A stretch of 21,576 nucleotides of DNA from the NCBI GenBank assembly GCA_051748045.1, contig JBNJGY010000036.1:1-21576 (forward strand), in the 5' to 3' direction. Source of the stretch: Thermotogota bacterium. Its GTDB lineage: Bacteria > Thermotogota > Thermotogae > Petrotogales > Petrotogaceae. The notes beneath the pieces were generated by a model, which worked only from the letters and a program-made list of their open reading frames with translations, had not been told where the DNA came from and did no database searches. A program made the translations under genes and the position numbers. Below, piece after piece: positions 16,980-21,576 of this stretch; position 1 is the stretch's first letter, and each line of letters opens with the position of its first letter.

Positions 16980-18392
16980 TTATAGTATGTATTCTCTTAA
17001 ATTTTCATCTCCAACTACTTCATCTAATCTATTTTTTACATATTTTGAATCGATATTTAAAGAATATTCAGTTGAAGCTGGTGCTTCATATGAGACTTCT
17101 TCTAATACTCTTTCGACAACTGTATACAATCTTCTTGCTCCAATATTTTCAATTTTTTCATTTAATTCAAATGCAACATGAGCTAATGAATTTATACCAT
17201 CATCTGAAAATTCTATAGTAACGCCATCTGTTTTCAATAATTCCACATACTGTTTTATAATTGCATTTTGTGGTTTGATTAATATAGATTTAAAGTCTTC
17301 TTCTGTTAAATCATTTAGTTCAACTCTGACAGGAAATCTTCCCTGAAGCTCGGGAACTAAATCAGAAGGTTTTGATGTATGAAAAGCTCCTGCAGCAATG
17401 AATAAAATATAATCTGTTTTAACAGGGCCATATTTAGTCATAACATTAGTTCCTTCTACAATAGGTAATAAATCTCTTTGCACACCTTCTCTCGAAACAC
17501 CTGCACCTGATTGTTTTTCATTACTATCAGTTATTTTATCAATTTCATCTAGAAATATTATCCCTCTATTTTGAGCTCTTTCTATACCTTCTTGTTGTAA
17601 TTTATCTTGGTCAATAAGTTTTTCAGCTTCTATTGGTAATAAAGCTTTTCTTGCATTTGAAATTTTCATTTTTCTTTTATTTGTTTTTTTAGGCATCATA
17701 TTTGAAAACATTTCTCCTAATTGTAAACCCATATCTTCAAATTCTTGACCCATTCCTCCAAACATTGGTTTTTGGTCTTCTTCTATTTCAATTTCAACCT
17801 CGATGTCTTCTAATTCGCCATTTTTTAATTTATCTCTTACTTCAGCTTTTCTATCTTTAATTTGATCATCATCTGTGTCTTTTTTTTCATAATTATTATT
17901 AACATATTGATTGTTCTGTCCAAACATGTTAAGCATATCCATTAAAGGTTGTTTATTTTGATTTTTCTTTTTACTAGGAACTAATGCATCTAGAATTCTT
18001 TCTTCAACCATAACTTCTGCTTGATCTTCAACTTCTTCCATCATTTCTTTTTTTACTAAATTTATTGATACATCTACTAATTCTTTTACCATAGTTTCTA
18101 CATTTTTACCTACGTAACCTACTTCTGTGAATCTAGTAGCTTCAAATTTTACGAAAGGAGCACTCGCTATTTCCGCTAATCTTCTTGCAATTTCAGTTTT
18201 ACCTACACCAGTTGGTCCCATCATTAAAATATTTTTTGGGATAACATCTTTTTTTAATTCATCATCTAATTTTAGTCTTCTAATTCTATTTCTCAAAGCT
18301 ATAGAGACTTTTTTCTTTGCATCATTTTGTCCTATAATATACTTATCCAATTCTTTAACAATCATTTTTGGAGTTAAATCATCTAATTTCAT
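16980..18392 (-). CDS. hslU: ATP-dependent protease ATPase subunit HslU (ClpY)
   Basis: TPK.IV.ELDKYIIGQ, PKNILMMGPTGVGKTEIARRLA, FTEVGYVG, FLDEIDK, VSREGVQRDLLP, PELQGRFP, ENIGARRL, C-terminal YIL; ATG 18392 after GAGGTG SD. Confidence 0.98.
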   Translation of the reverse strand: MKLDDLTPKMIVKELDKYIIGQNDAKKKVSIALRNRIRRLKLDDELKKDVIPKNILMMGPTGVGKTEIARRLAEIASAPFVKFEATRFTEVGYVGKNVETMVKELVDVSINLVKKEMMEEVEDQAEVMVEERILDALVPSKKKNQNKQPLMDMLNMFGQNNQYVNNNYEKKDTDDDQIKDRKAEVRDKLKNGELEDIEVEIEIEEDQKPMFGGMGQEFEDMGLQLGEMFSNMMPKKTNKRKMKISNARKALLPIEAEKLIDQDKLQQEGIERAQNRGIIFLDEIDKITDSNEKQSGAGVSREGVQRDLLPIVEGTNVMTKYGPVKTDYILFIAAGAFHTSKPSDLVPELQGRFPVRVELNDLTEEDFKSILIKPQNAIIKQYVELLKTDGVTIEFSDDGINSLAHVAFELNEKIENIGARRLYTVVERVLEEVSYEAPASTEYSLNIDSKYVKNRLDEVVGDENLREYIL

Positions 18393-18410
18393 TATTATCA
18401 CCTCTAAATT

Positions 18411-18419
18411 ATTTTATCA
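18411..18419 (-). promoter_or_regulatory. Extended -10 element for hslU
   Basis: The minus strand reads TGaTAAAAT just downstream of the pyk terminator; no good -35. Confidence 0.45.
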
Positions 18420-18433
18420 TATTGTGAGAATAA

Positions 18434-18458
18434 TAAAAAGCGTGGTAACAACCACGCC
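18434..18458 (-). terminator. Intrinsic terminator after pyk
   Basis: Minus strand GCGTGGT-TGTT-ACCACGC followed by TTTTTATTATT. Confidence 0.85.
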
Positions 18459-18460
18459 TA

Positions 18461-19885
18461 TTAAACTTTATGAACTTTTAATAAATTTGTTGTTCCTGAA
18501 AAGCCATACGGTATTCCAGCAGTAACAATTATTTCATCACCTTTTTTACATATCCCTAATGATTTTACTATATTTGATACATTGTCAAGCATTGAATCTG
18601 TGTCTACAAATCGTGTCATTATTACTGGAGTTACACCCCAAACTAAAGCCATTCTATTAAATGTTTCTTCTCTAGGACTGGCAGCGATTATATTTATATC
18701 TCTTCTAAATCTAGATAATGCTCTCGCAGTATAGCCACTATAAGTTGTTGCAATTATAGTTGACAATCCTAATTCATTAGCTGTATCAACAGCTGCCCTT
18801 GAAATTGCATTTGTAGCAGGATCTCCACCAGAATCAACAAACTGTTCAAATTTTGATGAATAATCTTCAATATAATTTTCAGTTTCTAAAGCTACATCTA
18901 CCATAACTTTAACTGCTTCAATAGGGTAATCGCCTATCGATGTTTCAGCAGATAACATAACCGCATCTGTTCCATCTAATATTGCGTTTGCGATATCAGT
19001 TGCTTCAGCTCTAGTTGGAACAGGGTTTTCAATCATTGTTTCAAGCATTTGAGTTGCAGTGATAACAGGTTTAGATTGTGCATTTGCTATTTCTATTATT
19101 CTTTTTTGTAAAAGAGGAACTTTTTGTACTGGAACTTCAACACCTAAATCTCCTCTTGCAACCATAACTCCGTCTGCTTCATCTATTATAGCTTCTAAGT
19201 TATCAATAGCTTGAAGTGTTTCTATTTTTGCAATTATTGGTATATCTGGAGCACCATATTGAGCTAATAATTCTTTTGTATGTTTTATATCTTCAGGTTT
19301 TCTTACAAACGATTGGGCTAAGTAATCAACACCCCATTTAACTGCGTATTCTATATATTCTATATCTTTTTCAGTTAATGCTGGAAGCCTAATATCTACA
19401 GATGGAATATTAATTCCTCTTCTATCAGTTATTACTCCACCATTGATGATTTTTGTTCTTATATCTGTACCATTGGAGGATAATACTTCAAGCTTGACTT
19501 TTCCATCATTGACTAAAATAATATCTCCTTTATCAACATCTTCTGGTAAACCTTTATAAGTTAAACCAACTATATTCTCATCTCCTTCAACATCTCTTGA
19601 AGTCAATGTGAATTCTTTTCCATTTATTAATTCTACTTCTTTATTTTTAAATGTAGAAGTTCTCATTTTAGGTCCTTCTAAATCTAACAATATAGCCATT
19701 GGTTTTCTTAAATCTTTTCTCACTTCTTTTAATCTATTTATTCTATTTCCATGAATTTTTGGATCACCATGTGATGTATTTAATCTAGCTACATTCATAC
19801 CTATATTTATGAGTTTTTTCATCATTTCTTTTGTTTCCGTAGCAGGACCTATAGTACAAACAATTCTAGTCTTCTTTTCTGTCAT
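18461..19885 (-). CDS. pyk: Pyruvate kinase
   Basis: TRIVCTIGPA, ARLNTSHG, LDLEGPKMR, IIAKIE, GVMVARGDLGVE, ITATQMLETM, PTRAEATD, DGTDAVMLS.ET. Confidence 0.98.
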   Translation of the reverse strand: MTEKKTRIVCTIGPATETKEMMKKLINIGMNVARLNTSHGDPKIHGNRINRLKEVRKDLRKPMAILLDLEGPKMRTSTFKNKEVELINGKEFTLTSRDVEGDENIVGLTYKGLPEDVDKGDIILVNDGKVKLEVLSSNGTDIRTKIINGGVITDRRGINIPSVDIRLPALTEKDIEYIEYAVKWGVDYLAQSFVRKPEDIKHTKELLAQYGAPDIPIIAKIETLQAIDNLEAIIDEADGVMVARGDLGVEVPVQKVPLLQKRIIEIANAQSKPVITATQMLETMIENPVPTRAEATDIANAILDGTDAVMLSAETSIGDYPIEAVKVMVDVALETENYIEDYSSKFEQFVDSGGDPATNAISRAAVDTANELGLSTIIATTYSGYTARALSRFRRDINIIAASPREETFNRMALVWGVTPVIMTRFVDTDSMLDNVSNIVKSLGICKKGDEIIVTAGIPYGFSGTTNLLKVHKV

Positions 19886-19899
19886 GAGAAACCACTCCT

Positions 19900-20868
19900 T
19901 TAAGAAAGTATATTGGTTAATTTAATGAGACTTAAATCTAATGACTTTTTCTCAGATAACACTTTCTCTATTGATACTCTTTCCATATTAGATCTATTTA
20001 AAGCTATCATAATATTGGAATCACCTTCTAATAAAGCATTTATTGCTTCATATCCCATTCTTGAAGCTAATATTCTATCAAATGCTGAAGGAGCTCCACC
20101 TCTTTGAATATGCCCTAATATAGTTATTCTAGTTTCAAAACCAATTCTATTTTCTAAATGTCTAGCAACAGTATACGCGCTTGCAGCACCTTCAGCTACA
20201 ACTACTATAGAATTTATTTTCCCTCTTTTTCTTTCTTCCCATAATCGTTCACCAAGGCCTTTATAATCAACAGGGTTTTCAGGTATAATAGCAGCTTCTG
20301 CGCCTGTTGCTAATGCTGACATTAAGGCTATATAACCTGATCCTCTTCCCATTACTTCTACTATAAAAGCTCTTTCATGTGAAGAAGCTGTATCTTTTAA
20401 TTTTTGTATTGAATCTACAGAAGTATTTAAACATGTATCAACACCAATACACATATCAGTACCCGATATATCATTATCAATAGATCCTGGAATTCCTACA
20501 ACTTTAATGTCATTTTCTTCTGACATTAATTTTGCTCCTGTTAAACTACCTTCACCCCCAATTACAACTAAAGCATCGATATTTAATTCTTTTAAATTAT
20601 CTGCTGCTTGCTTTCTTATTTCGGGTAGTTTAAACTCTGGAACTCTAGCGGTTCTTAAAATAGTTCCACCTTTTTCCATAATTCCACCAACATCTGAAAA
20701 TGAAAACTTTTTATATTCTTTATCTAATATTCCTGCATATCCTCTATAAAAAGCAAATACTTCAATATTTTCAGATACTGCAGTTCTTGTGACTGATCTT
20801 ATAACAGCGTTCATCCCCGGAGCGTCTCCACCGCTTGTTATAATTCCAATTCTTTTTATTTCGTTCAT
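19900..20868 (-). CDS. pfkA: ATP-dependent 6-phosphofructokinase
   Basis: [49 protein letters not shown] 20868 follows GGGAGG SD and is preferred over 20910. Confidence 0.97.
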   Translation of the reverse strand: MNEIKRIGIITSGGDAPGMNAVIRSVTRTAVSENIEVFAFYRGYAGILDKEYKKFSFSDVGGIMEKGGTILRTARVPEFKLPEIRKQAADNLKELNIDALVVIGGEGSLTGAKLMSEENDIKVVGIPGSIDNDISGTDMCIGVDTCLNTSVDSIQKLKDTASSHERAFIVEVMGRGSGYIALMSALATGAEAAIIPENPVDYKGLGERLWEERKRGKINSIVVVAEGAASAYTVARHLENRIGFETRITILGHIQRGGAPSAFDRILASRMGYEAINALLEGDSNIMIALNRSNMERVSIEKVLSEKKSLDLSLIKLTNILS

Positions 20869-20913
20869 GAAATCCCTCCCAAAAATGGCTATAGATAAAA
20901 ATTCTTCCATTTT

Positions 20914-20922
20914 ATTATATCA
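20914..20922 (-). promoter_or_regulatory. Extended -10 element for pfkA-pyk
   Basis: The minus strand reads TGaTATAAT about 45 nt upstream of the pfkA ATG. Confidence 0.5.
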
Positions 20923-21129
20923 TTTTATAAAATAATTTTTCATTAAATTATTATTTATTATTTTATAAGATACACTATTAAATATATTATTATTTAATCT
21001 TTTTAAATTATATATATAATTTAATAAATATAATTTATAGAACATTTTTCATTATATTATTTATATATCGTTAATTTATTTAATTTTCTTTTAATTATTG
21101 TAAATTTTTGAATAGCTTATGAATTTTAG

Positions 21130-21138
21130 TGTTATAAT
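21130..21138 (+). promoter_or_regulatory. Extended -10 element for the Fur-family gene
   Basis: TGtTATAAT followed by GAGGAGGG SD; TTGAAT at 21108-21113 is at a suboptimal 19-nt spacing. Confidence 0.5.
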
Positions 21139-21160
21139 AAAATTGACGAGGAGGGATAAT

Positions 21161-21576
21161 ATGGTAGAAGTATATGGTAAAGATAAAATAGTGGAAATAT
21201 TGGGTGGTTATAACATTAAAGTAACTCCTAATAGACTAAAAGTGGCTGAAGTGATTTTTAACTCGACGGAACATCCATCTATTGATGAAATACATACTAC
21301 TTTAACGAGAAACGGTAAGAATATATCTTTTACTTCAGTTTATAACATTATAAAAATGTTTCAATCTGCAGGAATTGTCAAGGAAATTAAATCAAAAGAT
21401 AGATCAAGATATGATGCAAATACAAAACCTCATTCTCACTTTATATGCAGGAGTTGTGGTAGAGTTATAGATATAGAAGAAGACTTAAATATAGATTTTC
21501 CTGACCATGTTAATTCAATGAAAGTTGAATCAATAGAAGTAAATTATTTTGGATTATGCCAAGAATGTTCTGAATA
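21161..21576 (+). CDS. perR: Fur-family transcriptional regulator, PerR-like (runs to window edge; final TA may be the start of the stop codon)
   Basis: Not in the ORF track; my translation: MVEVYGKDKIVEILGGYNIKVTPNRLKVAEVIFNSTEHPSIDEIH...SFTSVYNII...RYDANTKPHSHFICRSCGRVIDIE...YFGLCQECSE. It has T..R, EHPS, RYD, HxH, two CxxC motifs and an Asp after the first CxxC, as in PerR. Confidence 0.85.
   Translation, partial: MVEVYGKDKIVEILGGYNIKVTPNRLKVAEVIFNSTEHPSIDEIHTTLTRNGKNISFTSVYNIIKMFQSAGIVKEIKSKDRSRYDANTKPHSHFICRSCGRVIDIEEDLNIDFPDHVNSMKVESIEVNYFGLCQECSE

Noticed and set aside
2640..20749. Short alternative ORFs in the track (e.g. 2640-2825, 2864-3070, 3711-3908, 4845-5027, 5832-6224, 7192-7452, 7686-7889, 7917-8228, 8655-8885, 9502-9717, 16898-17218, 16948-17181, 18127-18525, 19913-20107, 20507-20749)
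   Set aside because: They overlap well-supported genes, mostly on the opposite strand, and show no recognisable motifs; typical shadow ORFs.
19900..20868. PfkA has GGEGS rather than GGDGS
   Set aside because: As I recall, the same variant occurs in Thermotoga ATP-dependent PfkA; useful as a taxonomic clue but not novel.
5692..21138. Recurrent ATGATA(T/A)AAT motif upstream of rel, galM, the DMT gene, hslU and pfkA
   Set aside because: Explained as the ordinary extended -10 promoter element TGnTATAAT rather than a novel repeat.

Overview
A very AT-rich bacterial chromosomal segment, most likely Thermotogota (inferred from the GGEGS-type PfkA, the two-subunit TrkA arrangement and a PstS signal peptide with no lipobox; probably a low-GC Petrotogales member). 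It is mostly housekeeping genes: glpK(-), a tandem HD-domain protein(+), a rel-dtd-small ORF operon(-), a pstSCAB-phoU-phoB-phoR operon(+), galM(+), a DMT transporter(+), an hslU / atypical response regulator / trkA / trkA-like / trkH operon(-), pfkA-pyk(-) and a PerR-like Fur-family regulator(+) running to the window edge. I saw no RNA genes, CRISPR arrays, transposases or integrases. The most notable unexplained signals are: (1) an exact 18-bp direct repeat that brackets galM as a 1024-bp promoterless cassette; (2) an aspartate-less receiver + TPR protein placed between a solo hslU and the Trk K+ uptake genes; (3) a double HD-domain protein with a degenerate N-terminal copy; (4) a 64-aa orphan gene in the rel-dtd operon; (5) 10-bp-phased TTAATA repeats (candidate Pho box) upstream of pstS. 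None of these amounts to a proven new system.
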